From the NCBI RefSeq assembly GCF_009914755.1, contig NC_060926.1: 64,000 nucleotides of DNA. One strand, written 5' to 3'. Within the stretch, counting starts at the first letter, position 1. The number at the start of each line of letters is the position of its first letter. Below, one piece after another: positions 42,652 to 56,523 of the stretch. Made by a program: the position numbers and the translations under genes. The stretch is from the human T2T-CHM13v2.0 reference genome, Homo sapiens. The notes under the pieces are model-generated. The model was not told where the DNA came from, did not search any database, and worked only from the letters and a program-made list of their open reading frames with translations.

Positions 42652-43158
42652 AGAGAAGGAGAGAAAGGGAGGGAAGGAGAGAGAGATTTATTATGGGGAT
42701 TGGTTCACACCAAGATGATGGAGGCCGAGAAGTCCCAAGATCTTCGGTTACAAACTGTAAAACCAGGAGAGTTGATGGTACAGTTCCAGTCTAAGTCCAA
42801 AGACCTGAGAAGTAGGAGAGCTGTTGGTGTACTTTCCAGTCCCAGTTTGGTTCTAAGGGCAGGAGAAGACCAATGTCCCAGCTCAAAGACAGTCAAGTAG
42901 AGAGAGACCAAATTCTTCCTTTCTCAGACTTTCTTGTTCAATTCAAGCCTTTAAGAATTAAATGAGGCCCACTCACACTGGGAAGGACAATCTACTTTAC
43001 TCAGCCTACAGATTCAAATGTTAATCTCATTCAAAGACATCTTCACAGATACACCAAGAATATAGCTTAACTAAAGCACCCTGTATGTAACCTAAGCACC
43101 CTGTAGCCTAAGCACCCTGTAGCCCAGTTAAAATTGACACATAAAATTAACCATCACA
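41860..43158 (-). mobile_element. MLT2B-like LTR (ERVL) interrupted by MER50
   Basis: TGTATTCATCAGGGTTCTCCAGAGAAGCAGAAC...CATAAAATTAACCATCACA; internal (TG)n at 42605-42648. Confidence 0.8.
41893..42588 (+). mobile_element. MER50-type solo LTR, copy 1
   Basis: TGTTA...TAACA termini; exact 4-bp TSD GAAC; AATAAA 42453-42458; TATA degraded (CATACAAAA). Confidence 0.85.
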
Positions 43159-43262
43159 GGCTTTGAGTATTGATTCTTGGTTTGCAAATAAATTTTAGAG
43201 AGTAGGTGAATTCACAAATATGGAATCCAGCAATCATAAGGATCAAGAGTATCATCATTCAT

Positions 43263-43990
<728 letters not shown>

Positions 43991-45231
43991 CCCCAGCACA
44001 GTAAAGATTTGACCCCAGACCGGAGTGATTCCAAAACTTACACGTACTCATTCTGGTTCATTACACAGATTCCAGTGTTTGCATTTGTTTCTGAAGATGT
44101 GGGCTGCCAAGATTTCTACTGCATTTCAAATTCTCCATTGGCTTTTTTTTTTAATCTACCTCCGTTAATTTTTCTTACAGATCTAGTTTTTCCTCCTGTA
44201 GTTTTCATCTCTATCTTCCCTCTTTTTGGCGTCATATTGTATAGTCCTTTCAACTATATTGGAAGCTTTTCTTGGGGAAGACCCCCAATAAATCAAATAC
44301 ATCAATAACTGAACTCAATTTTTCAAGTTCACTGTATCAGTCTAATTCACAAAGGGCACATCTCCTTCCTCAGTCTAACCCTGGGAACTTGCAAGGGCAA
44401 ACATAACCCAGAACACAGGTTCAAAAAGAACCAGTACAAGCAATTCAGTCATTCAATACATTGCAGACTGAAGAATGGAAGCGATCTAGGTAGTAACGCT
44501 AGTTTTTTAGGGATCTGGGTTTTAAGAATGGGCTGAAAGACTCATAGGGAAAAAGTCCCAGGGGTGGGTAGTAGGTGAGGGATGAAATGCTACAAAGCGA
44601 GTTTATTTTCTGTAACTTGAGTTATAGGAAATAAAAGAGCAGTTCCCAGCCCTCCTCTTTTTGAGTCATAGCTGTTAATTTGATTCATCAGGACTGAACT
44701 CTTGGCTCTGGCCAAAGTTCCTGACCCAGAGTGCTAGTTACTGTCTGGCAAGCCATCAAGCAATCCTATGTTAGATTTCAGACTAATTGGAGCTATGTCA
44801 CCAAAGATGAGTTCAAAAGGGTCCCTAGAGTTTTTAAGAGCAATGAGTATTGTTTTTCTCTCAGCTGAGGGTACTAGATGGTACATAGAACTGAGCCCTG
44901 ATGTACTACACTTCTAGTGCTGCCATTTCTTAGTTGTATCACTTAGAAGTCATTTCTGAGGAGTTATAAAATAGTTTGCACTATGCTAACCAGTAGTTTA
45001 CACTATGCTACATGTACCAAATTGTTTACCCACAGAGCCAGAACACTAATGAAAGCAGTAAAATGCACATCAACATTAAGTCAATAAATGTATTGAGCAC
45101 CAATCGTTCGAGACATTATGTTAGGCTTTGTGAGGAGTATGAGGAAGTCAGGGGCAAAGCTGCTGCATTGAAGGGGGTCTCAATACAGTTAGGGAGGTAG
45201 GCCACAGGCAGAAGTTATTAGCTCTAAAGAT

Positions 45232-45529
45232 TTTTTTTTTTTTTAAGACAGAGTCTCACTCTGTTGCCCAGGCTGGAGTGCAGTGGCACGGGATCTCAGC
45301 TCACTGCAACCTCTGCCTCCCAGGTTCAAGTGATTCTCGTGCCTCAGCCTCCTGAGTAGCTGGAATTACAGGTGCATGCCACCACACCCAGCTAATTTTT
45401 TTGTATTTTTAGTAGAGATGGGGTTTCACCATATTGGCCAGGCTGGTCTTGAACTCCTGGCCTCAAGTGATCCACCTGCCTCGGCCTCCCAAAGTGCTAG
45501 GATTACAGGCATAAGCCACTGCACACGGC
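45232..45529 (-). mobile_element. AluS
   Basis: Alu dimer. Confidence 0.88.
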
Positions 45530-45650
45530 CAGCAAAAGGCTTTTAAAAATAAAAATAAAATCTATAGATATAAGACATTGGTATCATCATTATATCAAAT
45601 ATGTTGTGAGAATAGTAATTGCCAGAAAAGTTCAGAGGAGAGAGAGGTTG

Positions 45651-46577
45651 TGTTATAGTAGTCAGGCAGACATCAGCAGGCCAGGAGAGGGCTGCACGCC
45701 CAACCAGGAATGTCAGACGACCATCAAGTGATGGTCAGGTGGTTGTTACACTGTTACAATCATTATTTCTCTAAAACAATAATTAGTCACAGCCAGCACG
45801 AGGGAAAGGCAATCTCCCGACAGACAGAAAAAACCTGAAACTGGTTATCAGCAGCGTCCCAATAAGATCTCAGGTGTTAGGTAAGTGGGCTCAAGCATGC
45901 GCACTATGAGGCAAAATGGGGGAGTTTAACTGGTATATGACCTTCCTCTAGGAACGTTAGATTGGTAATAGAAGAACGTCTCAAGTGAGCATGCGTATAA
46001 CTCCCGTAAACACACTGCGCATGCAGCCCTTCCCAAGCACTGGTAGGGCACTGGGCATGCAGACAGCCCACCAGAAGGGAAGAATCAGGAGAAAAGGGAT
46101 GCAAGATCCCAGAGGTATGCCAATATATAAAACCCTAAGGCAAAGGTCAAGCCAGCCACTTGATCCCTCAAGTGGCCAGCTTGGCCCTCCTCGAAGTGTA
46201 CTTTACTTCCTTTCGTTCCTGCCCTAAAACCTTTTAGTAAACTTTCACTCTTGCTCTAAAACTTGCCTCAGTCTCTCAGTCTGCCTTATTTTTCCTCGGT
46301 CAAATTCTTCCCTGCCTCCCCCCTCCTCCAGAGTAGCTGGGACTACAGGCGCCCGCCATCACACCTGGCTAATTTTTTGTATTTTTAGTAGAGACGGGGT
46401 TTCACCATGTTGTTCAGGCTGGTCTCGAATGCCTGACCTCAAGTGATCCACCTGCCTCAACCTTCCAAAGTTCTGGGATTACAGGCGTGAGCCACCACAC
46501 CCGGCCCCAAATTCTTTCTTCTAAGGAGCTAAGAATTGAGTTCGCTGCGGACCCATAAGGATTCGCTGCTCGTAACA
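45651..46577 (+). mobile_element. MER50-type solo LTR, copy 2, containing a tail-less Alu (46311-46506, -)
   Basis: TGTTA...TAACA termini; TSD GTTG/GCTG; colinear with copy 1; TATAAAA 46126-46132. Confidence 0.85.
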
Positions 46578-47338
46578 GCTGCTTCTGGGATCAGGTAAGA
46601 AAAGGTTTCAAGCAGAAAGCTAGGAAGAATGAATAGTATTTGAATGAGTCAAGTGGAAAGAGGAAAGGCATTTGAGACAAAGGGCATAGCGTGAAGCAGT
46701 GAGGCAGCCTCCACCCCACTTCCTACCACCTGTTCTCCCCCTTAGTGGCCTGACCTTGACCTTCCACTCCATCCTCATCCCTCCCCATGGGCACTGTCTC
46801 AGAATGTGCCATGCCTGTGACAGCTCCAGGACTCTGGCCATACTGCTTACACTGCCACAGAGACCTCTTTCCTCTTCTTCTTCATGTCGCTAACTCTTAC
46901 TTGGCCTTGAAGACTAATTTGTGTTAGAAGTTAGTCTTCCCAGAAAGCCTTAGCCTTTGGGAATTTGGTGCTCTTCCTTGAGAAGAAAAGGTACAACCAT
47001 TTAACTCCATCAGAACACTTATCACACGGCCTTCCCCACTGGACTCAATGGAAGCATCTTGAGGGCAAAGGCCTTACCTTTTATAGCTGATCCTTATCAG
47101 CCACAGTGTCCACTACACAGCAGGTGCCCAATAAATTCCTGTAGAATGAATATGCATTTACAGAAAGAGGAGCTGTGAGAAGATGCCTCAGTTTTTGGAA
47201 AGGAAAAATGGGTTGATTTTTACATTTTGAATTTAAGCTGATGAGAGTCCTTTCATGTGGACATGTCTAACAAAAATTGGAAGTAGAAGACTGAAACTGG
47301 AGGCTGTTGTGATTTTCATTTTTTTTAATTTTTTTCAG

Positions 47339-47526
47339 ATAAACTGAAGCACAAGAGGGTAAAAACTTTGTCCTTGGTCTTACAGCCAGAAAGTGGTGAT
47401 GCAAAGAACTTAGTCCAAGCTTTGATCTGTTCTGCACTGCCTGCCAAAGCAGAACCTTGAGAAATACCCATGTTTGGGGGATGAGAAGAAGAAGATAAAT
47501 CAGCAAAGAAAATAGTGATAAGAAAG
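47339..47526 (+). other. Candidate non-coding exon (MIR-derived 5' part), possibly an upstream NOSTRIN 5'UTR exon
   Basis: T-rich tract + ttcAG| acceptor and AAG|GTAAGT perfect donor, 188 nt apart. Confidence 0.55.
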
Positions 47527-47570
47527 GTAAGTGATAAGAAAAAAAAAATGATGTAAATAGTAACGATGAC

Positions 47571-47735
47571 AGCCAGGCTTGGTGGTTTATACCTGTAATT
47601 CAAGCACATTGGGAGGCCAAGGCAGGAGAAATGCTTGAGCCCAGGAGTTCAAGGCTGCAGTGAGCTATGATGGTGCCACTTGCACTCCAGCCAGAGTGAC
47701 AGAGTAAGATCCTACCTCAAAAAAAAAAAAAAAAA
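47571..47735 (+). mobile_element. Alu monomer (FRAM-like)
   Basis: Single arm with A tail. Confidence 0.75.
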
Positions 47736-48368
47736 GATGATGATATTGATGACTTTTTCTTCTTCCTTTTTCTTTTTCCATTCCTTTCCCTTCTCTTCCT
47801 GAACTGTTCAGTCCCTAAACCTCAAATAGGACAGAGCAGAGCAGATATCTCTGCTAGGTGAGGGAATCACTGTGGCCCGGAGTGGAATGATGGGAGCCAA
47901 ATTGGGCATGGAGATGTCTGCCCAGGAGGACAGTGCAGCTGGCAGAATCGTAGCCCAAGGTGGGGGTGAAGAGGAATCCACACAAGGTGGGAGTGAGGAG
48001 TTGGAGGAGGAAGCATGAAGAATCAAAGCCCAAGCAGGGTGATGAGGCCATCCCTGCAGAGGGGCAGCCTGGCATGAGAAGCCAGAGCATGGAAAGTCAG
48101 AGTGGAAGCAGTGGGAGATGGGTTACATAGGGGAGGATTGATCAAAGGCGTAAATATATTAACAATAAGGGGAGCCAGTTTCTCACTGCTGGAAAAGGGA
48201 GGTGTAAATATGGAGGAAGAGAAAACCGAATGAACTTAGTAGTATTGGATTAAAATTGTAAGTATCCATGTATGGTTTTTAATAAGTAGATATCAAAATG
48301 AACACAGATGTTAAGTGTGTATATGCATTTACCTGTGAGTATGTGTGCGTATACACACACACAGATAA

Positions 48369-48370
<2 letters not shown>

Positions 48371-48410
<40 letters not shown>

Positions 48411-48417
48411 GATAGAT
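48371..48417. repeat. (AGAT)10+ tetranucleotide STR
   Basis: Ten perfect AGAT units followed by GAT AGAT. Confidence 0.95.
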
Positions 48418-48720
48418 ATTTCATAACTGTCCACCTCAGAGCCTAGAGTCAATGCCTCCTCAGTAGCTCCTCCTGAGCACACCTAGCGCCCCAGGTCTTG
48501 GTTTCTAAATCCATCCTAAACCCATTCTCCACTAAAGGAACCAGGGCTCCTTGAAGAAGTAGCTGAACCAAGAGGTGGGCAGGGAAAGCAAAGGCTGGGT
48601 GTGGAACATCTTTTTGGGCCAGAAAGCAAAGTAGTACTTAAAGAATGATGGGAAAATGTTATGAGGACATAGAACCAACTAAAATCTAGGATATTTTGTG
48701 CCTTAAAATTAATAAGCTGG

Positions 48721-49070
48721 TGTATTAGTTTGTTCTCACGCTGCTAATGAAGACATACCTGAGACTGGGTAATGTATAAAGGAAAGAGGTTTAATAGGCT
48801 CACAGTTCCACATGGATGGGGAGACCTCATAACCATGGCCGAAGGCAAAAGGCATATCTTACGTGGCTGCAGGCAAGAGGGCTTGTATAGGGGAACTCCC
48901 CTTTATAAAACCATCAGATCTCATGAGACTTATTCACTGTCATGAGAACAGCACAAGAAGCACCTGCCCCAATAACTCAATTAACTCCCACTGGGTCCCT
49001 CCCACAACATGTGGAGATTGTTACAATTCAAGGTGAGATTTGGGTGGGGACAGAGATCCAAACCGTATCA
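48721..49070 (-). mobile_element. THE1 (B/C-like) solo LTR
   Basis: TGTATTAGT...CAAACCGTATCA termini; exact 5-bp TSD GCTGG. Confidence 0.9.
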
Positions 49071-49075
49071 GCTGG

Positions 49076-49690
49076 AGTGTGCCTCCTATTGATTAAACAA
49101 GTCATGAGCCCAGCCCAGATTCAAAAAGAGGGTATGAAGTGGAGGTGCGGTTAATTGGGAGGCTACTACTATCACAACCAATGCCATGGAAAATCAAATA
49201 TATTAGGAAAAGTAGAAGTTGCTAGTAACCTTGGGAAGCTGAAACTGCTTAAAGTAGCTGGTACAAACTGAAAGTCAGACCGAGAAACAAAGGGCCTTCA
49301 AGAAGCTTTCTGAACCATTCTGCCAGCTCTGAGCGTATTTTCTGAACCAGTACTTGGAAAAACTGGTCTCATAAAAGAGCTTATGAGAGCAGAACCACCT
49401 CACTGGGGCACCCACAGGCCGTGGGAAATATGATGCTTTCTTAATGCCGCTGGTTTTTAGTCAGGCCACAGTGAGAAGGAACAGTCCTAACAGGCCCCCA
49501 GCCAGATCGAGTTAGCTTATTCTTGTTTTAGTCAAGCAGTAAAATTTGCTAATGTTCTACTTTAAGTGCTTTCTCCAAAGACATCCCTCTTTGCCTCGTG
49601 TGTTGAACCATCATTCAGTGAGTATATTTCATGGAAAATATGATTGATTGTCTTTTGTAGCAATAATAAAATGCTATGGCAACTTTGCCA
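49076..49690 (+). pseudogene. Candidate 3'UTR-only retrocopy (parent gene unidentified)
   Basis: Mostly unique sequence interrupting an L1M; AATAAA 20 nt before its end; degenerate 12-bp TSD. Confidence 0.45.
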
Positions 49691-50459
49691 TAAAGATAAT
49701 ACTAGTAATAAATTATAATGCATTGAATAAAATGGGAAACTATGAGTTCATATGATAAAATTAATATATAATAAACTGAAAATGTGATGAGGAGAAAGGT
49801 GTTTGCCTAGTTTCAAGGTGTACGTCACCACAAAATATTTACTAACTTCAAAGGTTAAAGTAGTGACTCTACAGCGAAGCAGCCTGGCAGACACCATCCT
49901 AATCAGGTGAACACCATCAGTAATGGGGCAAATGAAATGAGTCACGTGAATGAATGCAATAAAGATCACAGCATCACTTCTGTGATTTTCCTGCCAAAGA
50001 TACGAAACCTGAATCTGATCATGAGCAAACATCAGATAAGTCCAAATTGAAGGACGTTACATAAAATAATTAACTGGTCATCTTCAAGTCTGTCAATGGC
50101 AGGAAAGCCAAGGAGGAGCTAAGAACTGTTCCAGAGTGGAAACTAAAGAAACATAGTGACTGAATGCCAGGCACAATACTGAACTGGATCCTGTTGCTAT
50201 GGGGAACTTAGGCAGGACAATTGGTGGAACTCAGGGTTAGATAGTAGTGATGAATCCATTTCAATTTCCTGCTTTTGATGGTTGTATTTTGGTTTTGTTG
50301 GAGAACATCCTTGTTTGAAGGAAATGCACACTAAAATATTAGAAGGTGAAGGAGCATTAGATTGGCAACTTATTCAGGACAAAAGGAAAAAAATCCTTGT
50401 AACGAACTTGCAATTTGTTTGTAACTTTGAGAGTATTTTTAATCAATATATTTGTTTTC

Positions 50460-51662
<1,203 letters not shown>

Positions 51663-51920
51663 CTAAGTAAAATTTTCAGATCTCTAGATGCAAAATGTTT
51701 ATTCTTTTAAAATGAGGATGCCATCTATGACTTTCAAGAGTCATAAAGTGTTACAAGTGACTCAAATTATCAAAGGAAAAATTTAGTGAAAGAAAAAAAT
51801 GCATTAAATAAAACTTCTTGAGAATTCTAAATTGTTTGGTGTAGTCATGTGAGTTTTGTAAGTTTTTGAATTAGAATAGTTTTATTTTTTAGTGTTTTGT
51901 ATGTATAATATAAAATTATC

Positions 51921-52245
51921 TTTATTTTATTTTATTTTTTGAGATGGAGTCCCGCTCTGTCACCCAGGCTGGAGTGCAGTGGTGCGATCTTGACTCACTG
52001 CAACCTCTGTCTCCCGGATTCAAGTAATTCTTCTGCCTCAGGCTCCTGAGTAGCTGGGACTACAGGTGCTTAACACCACACTCAGCTAATTTTTTGTTTG
52101 TTTGTTTGTTTTGTTTTGTTTTTTGTATTTTTAGTAGAGACACAGTTTTCGCCATGTTGCTCAGGCTAGTCTGAACTCCTGACCTCAGGTGATCCACCTG
52201 CCTCGGCCTCCGAAAGTGCTGGGATTATAGCCAGCATACCTGGCC
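51921..52245 (-). mobile_element. AluSx-like
   Basis: Alu dimer; TSD ATAAAATTATCTTTA. Confidence 0.88.
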
Positions 52246-52797
52246 ATAAAATTATCTTTAATATCTTTATTCTGCAAAAAATAAAGTGATCCCAATAACA
52301 GTAATAATAGTAAATGTTTATTAAACTGTCGTTATGTATACTCTGCTGTGAAATATATGGTATTACTTCCATTTACATAACAGGAAACTGAAACTCAAAG
52401 GGGCTAAGAAATTTCTCCCAAAGTTAGCATACTAATTTGTAGTGTGGCCAACTTTTGACTTTTCAACACTCCAAAGCCTATATCATTAACTCCTGTTCTT
52501 TAGTCCCTCCCATGGAAGCCATAGAGAATGGAATTTTGAGGAAGATACCAGAAACTTGGGCTTCGTTCTAGATTCCTCCCACTCCCTCATTACTTATCCT
52601 TAATCCAGTCCATCACCCAGTCTTGCTGGTTCCATTTTAAAACTCTACCACTGCCACCTGGGTTAGTTAAGGCCTCACCATTTTTCTCCTGGTTCCTGGC
52701 AACAGCCTCCCCACTCTTCCTAATCCTTATCTCAGTTCTCTTTAGAGTTTCTACACTACCATCAGAATGAAGAGTCTAAAACTAAAATCTAAATATT

Positions 52798-53104
52798 GGC
52801 CAGTCGCCATGGCTCACACCTGTAATCCCAGCACTTTGGAAGGCTGAGGTGGGTGGATTGCTTGAGCCCAGGAGCTTTGAAACCAGCCTGGGCAATATGG
52901 TGAAACCTCATCTCTACAAAAAATAAAAAATAAATTAGCTGGGCCCGGTGGCACACACCTTTAGCTCTAACTGCTTGGAAGGCTGAGGCGGGAAGATTGC
53001 TTGAGTTTGGGAGGCAGAGGTTGCAGTGAGCCAAGATCGTGTCACTGCACTCCAGCCTGAGTGACAGAGTGAGACCCTGTCTCAAAAAAGAAAACAAAAC
53101 AAAA
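52798..53104 (+). mobile_element. AluJb-like
   Basis: Alu dimer; TSD AAAATCTAAATAT. Confidence 0.88.
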
Positions 53105-53826
53105 TCTAAATATCACAAATATGCGTAAGTTCCTATGTGGAGAGAAAAAAGACCCTTTTGTGACTCTATTTACCTTTTGGTTAAAGTTAAAACATGGCAC
53201 TGGAGTCATCCCATTATCTGGCCTCTGAGTATCTTCCAAGCCTCATGAACTATAAGGTCCCATGCAAACTGTGTGCTCAAAGCATTCTTGAGAGATTTAT
53301 AATTTTCTGGATACAACAGAATAGTTTCTGTTATGTAAACACAGCTGATACATGCATATCAAGTGTCAGCAAGTGTGACTATCTCTTACCAGCATTTTCT
53401 GTGTTTCCCTTCATTCCCAACTAGGCTGAGTTGGATACCTCTTTGTAATTCCCATTACATTTCTGTAAAGACCTCTTCTATATCATATCTTCATAATCTG
53501 TCTATCATATCTATCATAATCTTCATAATCTGTCATAGAGTAATATAACCTTCCTTCATCAAACTGCTGTCCTTGAAAGAAGGGATTGGCACTTGTTCCT
53601 CCTTGGATCTCTCGTTAATGCCTGGAACAAAGATGGTGCTTCATAAGACATCCCGGAATGAATGAGTGAATGGATGAATACACATGAATGAATTATCAAT
53701 TGTGTAAAATGCTACAGAGAGGCAAAATGAAAGAACTCGTGTTTTTCAGTAGAACCATTTCAGAAGAGTTGTGAGAGGAGCTGACTTACAGATTAAAGAA
53801 TTTGAGTAAGAAGACAAAAGGGATGA

Positions 53827-54126
<300 letters not shown>

Positions 54127-54240
54127 AGCGGATGATTTTTAACAAGTACTCAGAGGGCTGTTTGACTGAACCTAAGTTCGAGTGGACAGGGTGCCCTCAG
54201 TCTCAGGGGTGTAAAATGGCTTAAAAAAATTAACATATAC

Positions 54241-54367
54241 TTTTTAAAAAATTCATATGGGATCTTACCATGTTGCCTAGGCAGGTCTCAAACTCCTGGG
54301 CTCAAGGGATCCTCCTGCCTCAGCCTCCTGAGTAGCTGGGATTGCAGGTGTGCCACTGCACCTGGCT
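54241..54367 (-). mobile_element. FLAM-like Alu monomer
   Basis: Single arm. Confidence 0.7.
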
Positions 54368-56523
54368 CTTAGTAAATACTTTTTAACAGGTATTGCAGGC
54401 ACAGCATATAAAATTTCAAAAGTGCAAAAGGAAATCCAGTAAAGAGTAAAGCTCTATCACTTCCCACACCCATCCACCAGCCTCTCAGTTGCTGTCACAG
54501 GAAAAAATCACAATAAATAACCATTTGGCATGCTTTTGTTTCTTCTCTAAGACTCCATCTCCATAACCTGGCAATGATTTATAGGAAATAACTATAAATC
54601 CATTACTTATAAAGTGTAGAGGGGACCAAGGTGGAAAAGATGAATAAATCCCACTGTTGGCACTTTATTTACATATGCAGAAATGCCCAACTCATAATGT
54701 GCCCTGGAGACTAAAACGACTCTATACTAGACATTCTAGTGTACATTTAAATTGAGATTTGTAAGACTGATTGCAGATGAGCTTAATGGAAGTAATGGCA
54801 CATAAATATTAACACAGGTGATTAAATGAAGATATAATGTAATTTGAACAAATCTGCATTTGTAAAATGTCCTTGTTCTCATGCTTTCCTTTGGAAGTTA
54901 AAGCCATAGATCACAGCTATAGGATGACTTGACTGTTAATTAGTTGTCCATTAGTCTTCATTTCCTAGGGCTTATTGTGGGAAAGTAAATTTATACTAAC
55001 TTGTTTTATGCAAACTAATCTATTTGGTTTCCTCTTCTTTCTCCATTAACACCTGGAGTTTTAAAATTATATGAAATTTGGACATGCATAATAAAAATTA
55101 AACCCTATTACACTGACTATAAGACAGTTTTGCATGTATATAATAAGTTAATTATGACCATTTGGGCTCAGATTTAAAAATTAAGTAATTTCAATGAAGT
55201 GTTATGAGGCAAAAAGCTTATTTTGTGCAATTTTTACAACCACAAAGTAATTAGTACAAACAGCATAAAAGTTACCTTAGATGCTACAAATTAGGCTGGC
55301 TATTAACAATAACAGCATTAGTGTTTGTCCCCACTGCTTCTGCCACAGTTTAAAGTACTCATAAGTGCTTCTAAGTTGGATAGTTTTTTTTCTTCCATCC
55401 TGAGGCTGTGGGCAAAGGCCGAAACCCTTAAAAAATTTTTTTTAAAATATGTGCATTAAGGCAAGGCTTCAGAAATGTATCTTTCAGCTTTGGAGAGATA
55501 TGGAAATTAAGAAAACTAATCACTGCAATGATCCCAGACTGAAAATAAGAGTAACTTAATCAGAATGAGATTGCTTCTACACTTCCATCTGAGGGTGATT
55601 GGTGGAAGTGATGTCATGTATGGTAAACACTGCCATGGCACTCATGTGCATGCAGTGACAACAGGGAACGCTGCTGCTCCTGTCAGCTCAAACAGGCCAA
55701 GGACTAGGCGTCGTCCAGGACTCAGAACCGGGAGTTGGCCTTCGGAAGACATGTTAAGGTGTGTCAAGACGTGTCACCCATGTCATAGCTAGTCCTAGGA
55801 AGAAAGTGCTCTTGAAGATGTGGCCTGCTGACAGCTAGCTGCTCCCACCTGACCCCTTAACCGCTGGACCCCAGCAGCTTGGCTAAGTACTCCTGCTCAC
55901 TTGGTCTTCAATACCAGCGGGCCAGCTGCCCCAAGCCCAGGGGCTGTCCCTTTACGGTCATCTTGCTGTGAATATAGCAAAAATTCTCTTAGATGTTCTT
56001 GGCAAACTTGTCAGAACTCTGCTCATTCTAGACTCCAGCTCTCCCAAACTTATTCTTAACATTAGGGCACTCTTCGATTTTATTCTCAGTCCCAAGACTC
56101 TCCTTACCTCATCTGTTTATATCTTTTAACCAACAAACCTCCAAGAAAGTTCTCTAAGTGGCCCCTTGGGATTCTTGCGGAATCCTACTTCGTTTCCTGC
56201 TTGTCAAGGCCATTTTAATCAGTGTCAGAGCCTCCCAAGTGCATTGGAGCCATTTCCCATTTTAGAGTTCCTGCCCAGAAGGTCACACTTATCTTCTGTC
56301 TCAGTGTTTTGAACTCTGCTTCCTGATAGCTGAGGATATGGGCCTACCCGTAAACAATATCCCCTGCCTTGCCAAAAAAGAGAAACTTGCGAATGAAGTC
56401 ACTCTCTCAGTATTTAATTCAATCAAATGAAAGCAATTATTTATTGAACACTTACTTTGCTCCAGATACTTGGCTATGAGGAGCTCACTGAGTACTGTGG
56501 GAGGCAGACCATTGAACTCATAC

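Larger units (their letters stand above)
40583..43249 (+). mobile_element. MER82 (Tigger-type DNA transposon) split into three pieces by LTR insertions
   Basis: Pieces 40583-40859, 41586-41859 and 43159-43249 are colinear with MER82 as recalled; TA flanks on both sides. Confidence 0.8.
48150..50440 (+). mobile_element. L1MC/MD-type 3' region, interrupted at 48716-49690
   Basis: GGAGCCAGTTTCTCACTG...GGTCTTGGTTTCTAAAT...CAGCATCACTTCTGTGATTTTCCTGCCAAA...CCTGAATCTGATCATGAG motifs. Confidence 0.65.

Noticed and set aside
42267-42900. 175-aa and 139-aa ORFs with CVCVCV
   Set aside because: Read-through of MER50, MLT2 and the (TG)n microsatellite.
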